Source of the DNA: Candidatus Woesearchaeota archaeon
Lineage (GTDB): Archaea; Nanobdellota; Nanobdellia; Pacearchaeales; GW2011-AR1
Length of the DNA: 64,000 nt
Direction of reading: 5' to 3'
Assembly (NCBI GenBank): GCA_964410025.1
Contig: CAYPFA010000003.1
Location: 20,880-84,879 of the forward strand
Part shown: one piece after another, positions 43,631-53,668 of the stretch
Layout: every line of letters begins with the position of its first letter
How positions within the stretch are numbered: position 1 is the first letter of the stretch
The notes under the pieces: generated by a model
Database searches by the model: none
What the model was told of the DNA's origin: nothing
The model's input: only the letters and a program-made list of their open reading frames with translations
Made by a program: the position numbers and the translations under genes

Positions 43631-44689
43631 TTATTTGAAAACTGTTTTAATAAATTTCTTTACAGATTCTGTAGTTTTCCATGGAGCCTTAAAGCCATTA
43701 AAGTTGTTTGTTTTATTTAGGTCTTCTTTTAAATTAAGCTGATCCTGATGCATATGATGAAAAAGGCCTCTTTCTTCGTATAGGTCGGCAAGATACTCTT
43801 GTTCTGGTTGGCCAGGAGTCGGAATAATTAAAGCTTTTTTTACACCAAGTTCACAGAATTCCATCATCGTTGTATATCCAGGTCGGCTTATGATAAACTT
43901 AGCCCTATTCATCATTTCTTCTTGTTTTTTTTGATTAAGAAAGCTATAGAATTGTATTTTTTCCGTAGATTTATGTGAGTCTGATTCGGGTTTGCCAAGT
44001 GCAACAACTATTTTGCCATCGAGATTTTTTAATTGAGGGATTACTTTTTTTTCAAATTCAGTTCTTTGTGGTTCCGGTCCCGAGATGCTAATAAAATAGT
44101 CTATATCTTTTTTGATATTAAGTTTCTTTAATTGAGAAATTATACCAATGTAAACTACTCTAGACTTTGGTACATTTTTCAAATTATGGCTCAGGTCGCC
44201 GCTAATATCATTTTTATCAAAATCAGGAATTAATAAATATCCATATTTGTTTATTACGCTAAAGAGAAAATATTCATAAAAATATTGAAAAAGCGGAAAC
44301 ATTTTCAGACTTATGTGATGATGTATAAAATATGAGTTTTCTTTTTTGTCATAAACATCGTATCTGCAATCGGATATTATTTTATCGTAGTTCCCAGACT
44401 CTATTATTTTTTCAGTTTTATTTCTGGAGACTTTAAGGTCGTAAAGTATTCGTGGAATAGCAAGTATGAACTTCGGGAAAAAAAATTTTGTAGCACTAAA
44501 TGGAATGTATAAACTAGATACATCAAAGTAAGTACATTTTTCACCGAAACGATTTTTTAATAGACTTAGCGCTCTCCCGGTTGAAATAATATCCACGCTA
44601 TTTTTTCTTTTTAATAATTCCTCAATTAGCGAGATGTCTCTTGTTGCATGCCCAAGACCCCAATCAAAAACTCCGAATAATATATTCAT
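43631..44689 (-). CDS. UDP-glycosyltransferase (GT1/GT28 MGT-like)
   Basis: N-terminal ILFGVFDWGLGHATRDISLIEEL and C-terminal nucleotide-sugar binding region (ISRPGYTTMMEFCELGVKKALIIPTPGQPEQEYLA). Confidence 0.5.
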   Translation of the reverse strand: MNILFGVFDWGLGHATRDISLIEELLKRKNSVDIISTGRALSLLKNRFGEKCTYFDVSSLYIPFSATKFFFPKFILAIPRILYDLKVSRNKTEKIIESGNYDKIISDCRYDVYDKKENSYFIHHHISLKMFPLFQYFYEYFLFSVINKYGYLLIPDFDKNDISGDLSHNLKNVPKSRVVYIGIISQLKKLNIKKDIDYFISISGPEPQRTEFEKKVIPQLKNLDGKIVVALGKPESDSHKSTEKIQFYSFLNQKKQEEMMNRAKFIISRPGYTTMMEFCELGVKKALIIPTPGQPEQEYLADLYEERGLFHHMHQDQLNLKEDLNKTNNFNGFKAPWKTTESVKKFIKTVFK

Positions 44690-44737
44690 AGAATAATATG
44701 CAAATTAATGTTTAAAAAGATTATGTACTAAAAACTC

Positions 44738-44992
44738 TTACTTCATTTTTTTAAATTCTTCAGAATATTTGTCTAGGTCTTTTTGTGCAGCTGCGATTGC
44801 TTTTTGGACAATCTTGGATGCATTTTCGCCTTCGACATGTAACATTGGATTCTTTGTTGGATGTTCTCTTTTCCAAGCTGCGATTTTAGCGCCTTCCTTA
44901 TTACAATAAACTCTAAGAAGTTCAACTATAGTTAGATTATCCATCTCGATATCAACTTCGTTCTTTTCGTCTTTTAGAATTTTGATGTTCAT
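44738..44992 (-). CDS. rpoL: RNA polymerase subunit Rpo11/L
   Basis: 84 aa. MNIKILKDEKNEVDIEMDNLTIVELLRVYCNKEGAKIAAWKREHP matches the RpoL/Rpb11 pattern. Confidence 0.7.
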   Translation of the reverse strand: MNIKILKDEKNEVDIEMDNLTIVELLRVYCNKEGAKIAAWKREHPTKNPMLHVEGENASKIVQKAIAAAQKDLDKYSEEFKKMK

Positions 44993-45028
44993 AGAAATAG
45001 GTAATATTTTGGGTTTTTAAGGCTTTTG

Positions 45029-47083
45029 TTATCCCTTCACGCTCTCTATTTTACTCGTCCCTTCTTTTTTTATTCTAATAATATTGTCTACGAAACCTTC
45101 GATCTTTTGCTCGTGGCTAACCAGAATGATTTGTTTTGCTTCAAGTTGTTCAAAGATATCTCGCATCTTGTCCAGCTGAGCTTCTGAAAATCCATCTGTT
45201 GGCTCGTCTAGGATAAGCAAATCTTTTGTTTTTAGTTTCGAAATCAAGGAGTTTGTAATTTGATTTAAAGCCAGACGATAAGCCAAAGCCACCGCAGTTC
45301 TTTCTCCCCCGGATAAAAATTCATAATCAATTTCATAATCTTGATTTAAAATAATTGGAGTAAAATCCTCATCTATTCTTACGGAAAGCGCATCAGAAAC
45401 TAGCATGGTAAACCATTCATTAAAAGTTCTAGAAAAATCCCGTCTAAGTGTAAGCATAACATTATTCTCAGTCATACTAACAAGTGTGATAAATTTTTCC
45501 TCAAGCCAGTCTTGAAAACTTCTAATTAAAATCATCTGAGCCCTTATTTTTTCCTTTTCCGCAATTTCTTTCCCGAGTTCTTCAGAACGATTAATTAGCA
45601 TCTCAAATTCTTTTCTTTTTTCCGCTAAACTGATTTCAGTTCTTCTGGACTCAAAATCCATATTGTCAAATTTCTTTTTTTCAGAGTCAAATATTTCTTT
45701 AGTTTGCTTAAAGGACTCAATTTTATTCCTAAGTTCAAAAATTTGCTTATCTGAAGATTCAATTTCGCAGATAGTTCTATCTAAAATCATATAATCACTT
45801 TTTATTTTAGTTTCAGCAATTCTTTGGTGTTCAAATCTTATTTTATTTTTTTCAAGAAGTGTTTTATCTTGTTCATATCCATTGATAAGTATTTTTTCCT
45901 TTTCCATATCTCTTAAAATTTGCGTTTTCTCAACGATCTTTTGCTCTAAATCTCTTTCAATATCTTCAATTTCAAATTGAGTTTTTTTACTAATCTTGTC
46001 CTTGTGTCCTTCTAATACCGACTGGAAGCATGTTGGGCAATTTTCCATAGAAACAACTTTCTCCTTCATTTTTAGCGCAGTTTCTTTTTGGGAATTATAT
46101 GAATAAACTCTTGAATTAACTTCCATAAATCTAGAATTAAATTCATCAAGTAATTTTTTATGTTTAATCAGGAGCGCAGTAACATTTTCCAATTCTTCTT
46201 GCCTGAAATCAATCTTGTCAGAAAGTTGTATTTTCTCAGTAGATATATCTCTTTCAAGCCTTATTTTAATTGATTTTTTCCCCTGCAGCTCACCCTCAAT
46301 TTTTGAAAGTTGCACATCCAACCTTGCCTTTTCATCCAAAATATTTCTTAATTCATCAAGCTTTGTAGTGAAAGATTTTTTTTCAAAATTAACTCTCTCT
46401 AGACTAAAAACCAATTCTGATACCTCTTTAGAAATTCTAATTCTATCTTCGTCTGTTTTTGCAAGTTTTTCTCTAATATTATTTATCTCCCTTATTTGCG
46501 ATTCTTTTATTTTTACACTTTCTTTTATTTTTTGTAAAAGTATTTGCGCATTTTCTTTTATTCTTCTATATCTATCAATACCAAATATATGCCTAAGAAT
46601 ATCGAGTCTTGTTTCTGGCCTTTCATTTATAATTTCTTTCATGCCTTCTTGCGGAGTATAAACTGTAAACTTATATAGCAAATCGGATTTTTTAGCAAAC
46701 TCCTTAGGGTATCCTAAAAAAGAAATTACCCTGTTTTTCATTTCAGAAGTGGAGAGTTCATATTTTTCCTTACCGATATAAAGAACACTAGATTCTTGGG
46801 CAATGCTCCCGTTTTTACTTTTTTTTATGCTTCGTTCTATAAAATAAACTTCATTATCTATCTCAAATTCCAGAGAGACTTCAGCCAATTCTTCACCCTG
46901 TCTCAAGATTGAACTTCCCTTTTGTCCAGGCTGCAAACCAAAAATTGCAAATTGAAGCGCTAGAAGCACTGAAGTCTTTCCGGCTCCAATATCTCCAGAA
47001 AGAAGAATTGAACCAGTGGGAAATTCTATTTCTAGTTCTTTATAACTTCTAATATTTTTTAATTTTAATTTTTTAAGTATCAT
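45029..47083 (-). CDS. rad50: Rad50 DNA double-strand break repair ATPase (short form) with CxxC zinc hook
   Basis: Walker A SGDIGAGKTSVLLAL. Central coiled coil with zinc hook ENCPTCFQS. Signature LSGGERTAVALAYRLAL and Walker B LLILDEPTDGFS. Confidence 0.9.
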   Translation of the reverse strand: MILKKLKLKNIRSYKELEIEFPTGSILLSGDIGAGKTSVLLALQFAIFGLQPGQKGSSILRQGEELAEVSLEFEIDNEVYFIERSIKKSKNGSIAQESSVLYIGKEKYELSTSEMKNRVISFLGYPKEFAKKSDLLYKFTVYTPQEGMKEIINERPETRLDILRHIFGIDRYRRIKENAQILLQKIKESVKIKESQIREINNIREKLAKTDEDRIRISKEVSELVFSLERVNFEKKSFTTKLDELRNILDEKARLDVQLSKIEGELQGKKSIKIRLERDISTEKIQLSDKIDFRQEELENVTALLIKHKKLLDEFNSRFMEVNSRVYSYNSQKETALKMKEKVVSMENCPTCFQSVLEGHKDKISKKTQFEIEDIERDLEQKIVEKTQILRDMEKEKILINGYEQDKTLLEKNKIRFEHQRIAETKIKSDYMILDRTICEIESSDKQIFELRNKIESFKQTKEIFDSEKKKFDNMDFESRRTEISLAEKRKEFEMLINRSEELGKEIAEKEKIRAQMILIRSFQDWLEEKFITLVSMTENNVMLTLRRDFSRTFNEWFTMLVSDALSVRIDEDFTPIILNQDYEIDYEFLSGGERTAVALAYRLALNQITNSLISKLKTKDLLILDEPTDGFSEAQLDKMRDIFEQLEAKQIILVSHEQKIEGFVDNIIRIKKEGTSKIESVKG

Positions 47084-48276
47084 TGCAACACTTCCTCGAA
47101 TTTTAATAATTTCTTCAAATCATCCATTAACCTTTTTTCATAAATTGATTCTTTTTCATCTTCATTTTTTTCTATTGCCAAAGAATTCATTAGTTGCGGT
47201 AAGACATCCATGAACTCTTTTATATCATTGGGATTTTTTTGCCGGTAGTCCGAAAAAACTTTTTCTTCAATATTTTCCACATGTTCAACTTCTACATGCA
47301 TCTCCATTTCTTGAGCCTGTATAGACGAAATATTTCTTAAAAAAGAATAAGCGCCCTTTTTTATTATAAACTCTTCAATTTCATTAAATCTTATGTCTCC
47401 CGTTTTTCCCTGCTGCAAAACGCCCTTTAGTTTTAATAAAAATACCTTATTTACAAGAAATAATTTGTCAATTTCCGAAATAATTTTTTCAGTTGCCGTA
47501 AGCGCATCATTAATTTCTACCTCAATACTCACAACCTCTTTTATTGGAAGCAGAATCTGTCTAGTTTTTATTTTTGGACCATCAGTATCTACCATATAAA
47601 AACCTCCACATTTCAGATCAACAAGTTCTTGAAAATTGTTTGGAAAAATTGGACCGGGGTAAACAAAAACAGAGTTTGCTTGTTTGGTTTCGAATCTCTG
47701 ATGAATATGACCGAGAGCATAATAATTTGCAATAGGTAGACGTTCTTTCTCAACCGAATCCATAGGAATATTCCCAACAACATCTTTAATTGTCGAGTGG
47801 ATCATGAAAATAGAAAATGGATAAAATGATTCAAAATAAACTTTTTTTAAGTCTTCAATTTCCATTCCAGATTTTTTACCAGAATAGCCAAGAATAGCCA
47901 CCTCATTAAAAAATGTTGGAGAAAGTTTTATTCTTCCGTCTGTTTGAACTTCGGATTTATCAACACTTCTAACAAAACCCGCTTTTTCTAAAACGTCCAA
48001 AAAAGTTTTTCCAGAGGCAGAAAAATCATGACTTCCGGCAATCATAAAAACCGGAATTTGTGCCTCTTTTATTTTTTTAAATTCAGAAAAAGTTTCCTTC
48101 AAAATTTCAATTGGGGGATAGGCAGAATCAAACAAATCTCCAGCTAATAAAAGAAAATCTGGTTTTTCCTGAATTACAATTTCCACCGCTTTTTGAAAAG
48201 ACTGAAAGTTCAACGATTGTAATTCCTCCTGTCTCCATCCTCCCAAGTGGCAATCTGCAAAGTGTGCGAATTTCAT
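47080..48276 (-). CDS. mre11: Mre11 nuclease (calcineurin-like phosphoesterase)
   Basis: MKFAHFADCHLG, LLAGDLFD, IAGSHDF and GHIHQ phosphoesterase motifs. ATGA overlap with rad50. Confidence 0.9.
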   Translation of the reverse strand: MKFAHFADCHLGGWRQEELQSLNFQSFQKAVEIVIQEKPDFLLLAGDLFDSAYPPIEILKETFSEFKKIKEAQIPVFMIAGSHDFSASGKTFLDVLEKAGFVRSVDKSEVQTDGRIKLSPTFFNEVAILGYSGKKSGMEIEDLKKVYFESFYPFSIFMIHSTIKDVVGNIPMDSVEKERLPIANYYALGHIHQRFETKQANSVFVYPGPIFPNNFQELVDLKCGGFYMVDTDGPKIKTRQILLPIKEVVSIEVEINDALTATEKIISEIDKLFLVNKVFLLKLKGVLQQGKTGDIRFNEIEEFIIKKGAYSFLRNISSIQAQEMEMHVEVEHVENIEEKVFSDYRQKNPNDIKEFMDVLPQLMNSLAIEKNEDEKESIYEKRLMDDLKKLLKFEEVLQ

Positions 48277-48785
48277 CGTTTTATCTCCTTACCATCGATA
48301 ATTAATGTAGATTGATTTCCATTAAGTTCTCCAGCATCAATTACCCTATCAACTTTTTTTATAATTTCTTGTGAAATTTCCTTAACAGATTTTGCAAACG
48401 GCTCCCCTGATAAATTTACAGATGTGGTAACAAATGGTTTTCCAGATTTTTGGATTTCAAAGCACGTATCGTTTTTTGGGATTCTTATTCCAATCCTATC
48501 ATTCGCAGAAATATGACTTAAAAAATTAAAATCTTTTTTCTTCAAAAGAAGTGTGTATGGTCCAGGCAAATAACTTTTCAGATCCACGTCCACAATAAAA
48601 TTATTTAGTATCCAGCTAAAAGATGGCGCAATTACAGAAAGCGGCTTGTCTTTATCTCTCAATTTTATTTCCTTTATCTTTTCTACAGATTTTTCATTCG
48701 TCGCATCGCAGCCAATTCCATAAATAGTATCCGTAGGATAAATAAATATTTTTCCAGCCAATATCTCTTCTTTTAAATTTTCCAT
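48273..48785 (-). CDS. tsaC: Sua5/YrdC/TsaC L-threonylcarbamoyladenylate synthase (YrdC domain only)
   Basis: IFIYPTDTIYGIGCDATNEKSVEKIKEIKLRDKDKPLSVI matches the YrdC signature. ATGA overlap with mre11. Confidence 0.8.
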   Translation of the reverse strand: MENLKEEILAGKIFIYPTDTIYGIGCDATNEKSVEKIKEIKLRDKDKPLSVIAPSFSWILNNFIVDVDLKSYLPGPYTLLLKKKDFNFLSHISANDRIGIRIPKNDTCFEIQKSGKPFVTTSVNLSGEPFAKSVKEISQEIIKKVDRVIDAGELNGNQSTLIIDGKEIKR

Positions 48786-48837
48786 TTGTCTTCCTCTTTC
48801 TTGAAGATATTGTGGTGTTTATAAGAATTATTGTTGT

Positions 48838-49839
48838 TTATTTCCACGTCACTTCAATATCATCAGTTCGTTCTCTTGGGTCAATATCTAATTTGTCTAA
48901 ATCTTCTGGTTTGACAAAAATTCTTGCGTTGAACATCTTTATTCCAAGGTAAGCTAACATCGCAGCATTATCTACGAGTAATGGTCTTTCCGGACAGAAA
49001 AATTTAGCGCCTCTTTCTTCACACATTATTTTACACATTTCCTGCAAACGAGAATTGCATGCAACTCCGCCACCTAATAATAATTCTTTTTTGCCCGTAT
49101 GAGCCAACGCCCTTTCAGCTGCCTCGACCAGCATCGCAAAAACGGTTTCTTGTAACGAGAAAGATAAGTCTTCCAGTGTTTCCTCTTTTTTGTCTAGCAT
49201 ATTTTTGAGCTTTGTTAGAATCCCGGAAAAAGCAACATCCATTCCCTTTATAGAATAGTTTAGCTCAACGAATTTCTTTCCATTTTTAGCGAATTCCTGA
49301 ATTTTTGGTCCGCCCGGGAAACCCAAACCAGCATATCTCGCAAAAGTATCAATAAAATTTCCAACTCCAACGTCAAGCGTTTCACCGAATATCCTATATT
49401 TTCCTGATTCATAAGCAATTATCTGCGTGTTAGCGCCTGAAGCGTAAAGTAGAACCGGATCTTTCGCGCCAGTTATCTCTCCAATTTCTAAATGAGCAAT
49501 GCAATGGTTTACAGGAACTATCGGAATTTCAAGCTCTTTGGCTATTTTTTTAGCAAATCTCATTCCTTCAAGCAAGCTCGGAGCCAAACCAGGAGCATTT
49601 GAAAGCGCAATGAATTTAATTTGTTCTTTTGTTATCTTTGCATCCGCAAGTGCCTTTTCAAATAGCTGTGGAGCTAATTCTTTATGATGTTTTGCAACTT
49701 CGTTTGGAATTAAACCACCCTTTTCTGTTGTAAAAATATCTTTTATGTTAATGAGAATCATCTTTGTGGAATATTCTAGCACTGCGAAACCTAATGTGTG
49801 CGCTGTGCATTCAATACCTAAGACGAATGATTTTTCCAT
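48838..49839 (-). CDS. kae1: Kae1/TsaD tRNA threonylcarbamoyladenosine transferase (KEOPS catalytic subunit)
   Basis: VLGIECTAHTLGFAVL N-terminal ASKHA fold. HCIAHLEIG metal-binding His. C-terminal LLGGGVACNSRL. Confidence 0.85.
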   Translation of the reverse strand: MEKSFVLGIECTAHTLGFAVLEYSTKMILINIKDIFTTEKGGLIPNEVAKHHKELAPQLFEKALADAKITKEQIKFIALSNAPGLAPSLLEGMRFAKKIAKELEIPIVPVNHCIAHLEIGEITGAKDPVLLYASGANTQIIAYESGKYRIFGETLDVGVGNFIDTFARYAGLGFPGGPKIQEFAKNGKKFVELNYSIKGMDVAFSGILTKLKNMLDKKEETLEDLSFSLQETVFAMLVEAAERALAHTGKKELLLGGGVACNSRLQEMCKIMCEERGAKFFCPERPLLVDNAAMLAYLGIKMFNARIFVKPEDLDKLDIDPRERTDDIEVTWK

Positions 49840-49964
49840 GAATAAACATGAAAATTATAGTATAAAAATGTTGAGAAAAATTTGAATGAGCCGGAACTCC
49901 CTATAGCCCGGCCCATTGAATATGATATTTAAATAAAAAAATAATAATTATTTAAAAAGAAAAA

Positions 49965-50090
49965 TTACTTTTTCTTTTTCTTTTTACCGCCTCTAGCCAT
50001 CTTAGCTTCACATACGTTTCCTTTTCCGTCTACATAGTAAAGATATCCTGGCTTTCTTGTGATAGCGTTTTTTACAAGTATTGATCCCAT
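49965..50090 (-). CDS. Small basic protein, 41 aa, poly-Lys C-terminus (not in ORF track)
   Basis: Manual translation gives MGSILVKNAITRKPGYLYYVDGKGNVCEAKMARGGKKKKKK. AGGAGG Shine-Dalgarno 5 nt upstream of ATG 50090. Confidence 0.35.
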   Translation of the reverse strand: MGSILVKNAITRKPGYLYYVDGKGNVCEAKMARGGKKKKKK

Positions 50091-50141
50091 ATTTACCTCC
50101 TTTTTCCTCTTAAATATAATCAATTTATATTTAGTTTGTAT

Positions 50142-50504
50142 TTAAATGTTTCGTTTATTTGTCGACGAAGATTTTATCATTCTCGAGTGAACATTTCCAT
50201 CGTCGGCAATCGGAATTTCTAGAAGATATTTTCCATATCCAGAAATATATGGCTTCCAATTTTTTACAATTTTTTGTTTAGTGGTTCTCATTTTATCGTC
50301 GAGCCAAATAGCTTTAAAGGGTTTACAAAAAAAAGAATGAATTGCTAAATTTTTATTTTTATTAAAGACAAATAATAATGGTGGAGAACTTTTTCTAAAC
50401 ATTAATCCAGAAAATTTTGACCAAACAGTATCACAAGCCTTAACGTTTATCGTGAACTTATTTTGACTAAGATAATAAGAAATTTTTTTTAGAACCATCT
50501 CCAT
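50142..50504 (-). CDS. DUF192 (COG1430) family protein
   Basis: SGLMFRKSSPPLLFVF...AIWLDDKMR...YLLEIP matches the DUF192 pattern. Confidence 0.5.
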   Translation of the reverse strand: MEMVLKKISYYLSQNKFTINVKACDTVWSKFSGLMFRKSSPPLLFVFNKNKNLAIHSFFCKPFKAIWLDDKMRTTKQKIVKNWKPYISGYGKYLLEIPIADDGNVHSRMIKSSSTNKRNI

Positions 50505-51052
50505 TTCCCTTCTTTTTTTGCAATCATTTCTTTAAACGCCATATTAATCTGAAGCGGCGCTGGCTGAATTGGTTTTTTCTGTTCCTTCTGATCATCACTG
50601 ACTCCGACAATATGTGCCTGAGTTTTTGTCTGTCCCCAATTTTCTATTGATACGAAAGTTGTTGATTCTTTATTTTTTTTCAAATTTACATAATGACTAT
50701 AAACATCTCGGACACTTCCTTCGTGAACCATGTTATGATGAATAAACCCTCCACCGAAAGTTTTTGGAATGTGCATTAGTTCGTGAATTATTGTTTTTGT
50801 TTTTTCAGATTCTGGAAGTCTGTCAAATTTCTCAGAAATAACTTCAATTAAATAAAATCCAGTGTTTCTTCCCATGGCTATTTGCATTGCCTTTCCGAGT
50901 GCATGACATCTCGCAATTGTTCTCGGAGCCATGGAGCCTGTGCTTCTTAGAAAACCCAAATTAGAAAGATCAACATGATCCCAATTTAAAGTCTTGCAAA
51001 TTTCTTCTGCTTCTTTTTTTATATCATCTGCTTGAAAATATTTTATTCCCAC
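50489..51052 (-). CDS. Putative zinc metallopeptidase (HExxH; SprT/DUF45-like)
   Basis: TIIHELMHIPKTFGGGFIHH contains HELMH plus downstream His. Confidence 0.4.
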   Translation of the reverse strand: MGIKYFQADDIKKEAEEICKTLNWDHVDLSNLGFLRSTGSMAPRTIARCHALGKAMQIAMGRNTGFYLIEVISEKFDRLPESEKTKTIIHELMHIPKTFGGGFIHHNMVHEGSVRDVYSHYVNLKKNKESTTFVSIENWGQTKTQAHIVGVSDDQKEQKKPIQPAPLQINMAFKEMIAKKEGKWRWF

Positions 51053-51270
51053 TATAAAACCTCAATCAACTTATGCTTACTTGTCATTCCAGACTTTATC
51101 TTAATATTCTTCCAAGGAACGCCGTAATGTTTTGCCAACATTCCAATAAGTTCTATATTCGCCTCGTTATTTTCTGCTTCTCCAGATACGTAAACTAATA
51201 AATTATTTCCACCAAAATCTTCTATTTTTGGATTTGGAGAACGCGCTTTCACCATTACTCTTACTATCAT
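51052..51270 (-). CDS. Small hypothetical protein
   Basis: 72-aa ORF abutting the flanking genes. Confidence 0.25.
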   Translation of the reverse strand: MIVRVMVKARSPNPKIEDFGGNNLLVYVSGEAENNEANIELIGMLAKHYGVPWKNIKIKSGMTSKHKLIEVL

Positions 51271-51312
51271 AAAAAATTAAGAATTTGTTAGATTAAAAAG
51301 ATTTAGGTACTA

Positions 51313-51894
51313 CTAAAAATCCCATCCGAGATGTTCGGTAGATTTGTAACAACAACCATGCTTTAATTCTCCATTTACTCCATAATTTTTAAGATTTCTA
51401 AATGCTCCGCCCAAGCAACCATAAAGAGTATCTGGATTTATTATGTTTCCATAAATCTCTCCACCCGCGAATTCAAATTTCGGCGAAACTTCTAATATTT
51501 TCTTAGCCATATTCTCCCACTGGCTAAGAAGTCCTGCATTAGTTGGTGTCGAATTATCAGGTTCTGTTTCTATTAAATACACACCGTCTAATCCCCGAGC
51601 CTTTCTAATTATATTAAGGGTATTTTCTTTACTATTAGTTGTTTCAAATAAAATAATATTTCTATCCGGCAACCAAATTTCTTTAATATTTGATATATAG
51701 TCTGTAGAAGATTTTAATTGCTCATGTTGATAATATCTCCAAATATTTTTTCCTAATCCAAAATAAAAAGGATGCACAACAACTAATGCTGGTGCTTGTG
51801 AATTAATAGGATTTCCCTGTGGAAAAAAATTATTAATTCTATTTGTTCTAAACAAATGGCTTCCAATTCCTTCTAGAGTCTGACTTAATACCAT
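51313..51894 (-). CDS. Hypothetical protein
   Basis: 193-aa ORF with no recognised motif. Confidence 0.3.
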   Translation of the reverse strand: MVLSQTLEGIGSHLFRTNRINNFFPQGNPINSQAPALVVVHPFYFGLGKNIWRYYQHEQLKSSTDYISNIKEIWLPDRNIILFETTNSKENTLNIIRKARGLDGVYLIETEPDNSTPTNAGLLSQWENMAKKILEVSPKFEFAGGEIYGNIINPDTLYGCLGGAFRNLKNYGVNGELKHGCCYKSTEHLGWDF

Positions 51895-51933
51895 ATAAAA
51901 TTAGAAAATTTAAAGATTAAAAAGATTTAGGTA

Positions 51934-53130
51934 CTACCTAGTTATAATCTCTATTCCGTCTCTATGATTCAGTGGATGGTCTTTTCCAACAGCTTGCTTT
52001 GTCCGAGCGTTAATTGCTTTAACGAAATTGTTTCCCAAATCTGTGTGAAGTTTAAATGCGAATTGTAAAGCCGTTGTGCCGCCAGGAACTAAAAAGCAAT
52101 CTGGCAAAATATTTCCCTTCGAGTCTGCAAGTTTATGTGCACCTGCCGGAAAGACTGCAATGTATTTTAACAAAGAAAAAACCGTTGCATCTAAAAGAGC
52201 TTGAACCCCAGTACCTTCTAAAAATTTATCCAAAATATTTTCTTTAATTGTTTTCAAAGCTTGTTTTTGTTTATCGTTCAATTTTTCTTCATGTATTTTA
52301 AAATCCTTATTTCCTGGCACATAATCAATCATTCCTGCCTTCGCTGCTTGTCTTAGAGAAAGTTCAGAATCTGCTGAGCAAGGAATAATTCTTAGCATTG
52401 GAAAATCTTCTCTAATCTTTTTATACCATTCCATTCCACTGGGCTTATCAATTTTATTTGCAGCAATAATCATTGGCTTTGTCATGTGTCGTATTTCATG
52501 AGCGAATCTTCTCAAATCTTGAGCTGTCCATGTTCCCGCCTTTTCTGCATCGAGGTTTAATCTCCTATTCGCTGCTTTTACATCGTCTTCTGTAACATTT
52601 AACCCAGAAAATTGTTTTGCGATTGCTTTAACCAAATCGGTTTTTTCTATAACCATTTTTCTCACCAGCGGTCCCCATGCTTTATTTAAAATTCCAAGAT
52701 ACCATAAATCTAATTCATTTTCCAACATCGCAATATCTTTTATAGGGTTTCCTTTATCTGGAGAACATTCCTTGCCTTCTGCATCTGTTGTTGCCGAAAC
52801 ATCTACTATATGAATAAAAGCATCCGCTCTAGATAAGTCTGTTAAAAATTGATTTCCCAAACCCTTTCCCTCGGAAGCTCCTTCAATTAAACCAGCCACA
52901 TCCATTAATTCAACCGGAACAAATCTCGTTTCTCCATTGCAGCTTCCCGTTCGCGGATTGCATTTTGTGTTAAATTCTTTACAAATACACGGAACTCGTA
53001 CATATCCGACGCCGGTATTTGGTTTTATCGTTGCGAAAGGATAGGCTGCAATTAAAACATCCATAAGCGTTGCTGCCTTAAAAAAAGTTGATTTCCCGCA
53101 TGACGGCTTTCCTACTAATCCAATTAACAT
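51934..53130 (-). CDS. ychF: Obg/YchF-family GTPase (OLA1/YchF-like)
   Basis: G1 GLVGKPSCGKSTFF. G3 DVAGLIEGASEGKGLGNQFL (YchF: DIAGLVKGASKGEGLGNKFL). Confidence 0.75.
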   Translation of the reverse strand: MLIGLVGKPSCGKSTFFKAATLMDVLIAAYPFATIKPNTGVGYVRVPCICKEFNTKCNPRTGSCNGETRFVPVELMDVAGLIEGASEGKGLGNQFLTDLSRADAFIHIVDVSATTDAEGKECSPDKGNPIKDIAMLENELDLWYLGILNKAWGPLVRKMVIEKTDLVKAIAKQFSGLNVTEDDVKAANRRLNLDAEKAGTWTAQDLRRFAHEIRHMTKPMIIAANKIDKPSGMEWYKKIREDFPMLRIIPCSADSELSLRQAAKAGMIDYVPGNKDFKIHEEKLNDKQKQALKTIKENILDKFLEGTGVQALLDATVFSLLKYIAVFPAGAHKLADSKGNILPDCFLVPGGTTALQFAFKLHTDLGNNFVKAINARTKQAVGKDHPLNHRDGIEIITR

Positions 53131-53161
53131 AATTTATCGAGAAAATGGCGGTTTAAATAAA

Positions 53162-53668
53162 TTGGGGTTTGATAAAATATATGACGAAATAAAAGTTGCA
53201 GCTCTCCAAAATCTTTATAAACAGAAAGATACTCATTTAAGAATGGTTAAAGAGGCGAAGAATTCATCTAATACTGTTAAAACTCCAAGGAAAAAAAGGA
53301 TGTCCGTATCTGAAAGAGAAGAACTTTTAATAGAAAATTTTATAGGTCTGCAAAAAGCAATGATTCATCTTTCTATGAAATTTGAAAATCTCTCAGATAA
53401 TATTTCAAAACTTTTAAATGTATTCGAGCTATCAGCAAAAGATTATTTAATGACGAAAAAACCAGGTACAGAATCTGATAAGGATTTGTTAAATAAAATT
53501 AATTCTCTTTTAGAACAAAACAAAACAATTGCAAAAGGACTTGTAACAATTGAAGAAAAGGTTAGAAATAAAACAGGAGATTTTGTTCCGGAGCAGGTTC
53601 AGAGACAGCCACTTCCACAGCTTCCCCAATTTCCCCCATCCAAACCAAGGATAGTAGATCAAATATGA
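53162..53668 (+). CDS. Hypothetical protein
   Basis: 168-aa ORF, first of three overlapping or abutting plus-strand ORFs. Confidence 0.3.
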   Translation: MGFDKIYDEIKVAALQNLYKQKDTHLRMVKEAKNSSNTVKTPRKKRMSVSEREELLIENFIGLQKAMIHLSMKFENLSDNISKLLNVFELSAKDYLMTKKPGTESDKDLLNKINSLLEQNKTIAKGLVTIEEKVRNKTGDFVPEQVQRQPLPQLPQFPPSKPRIVDQI

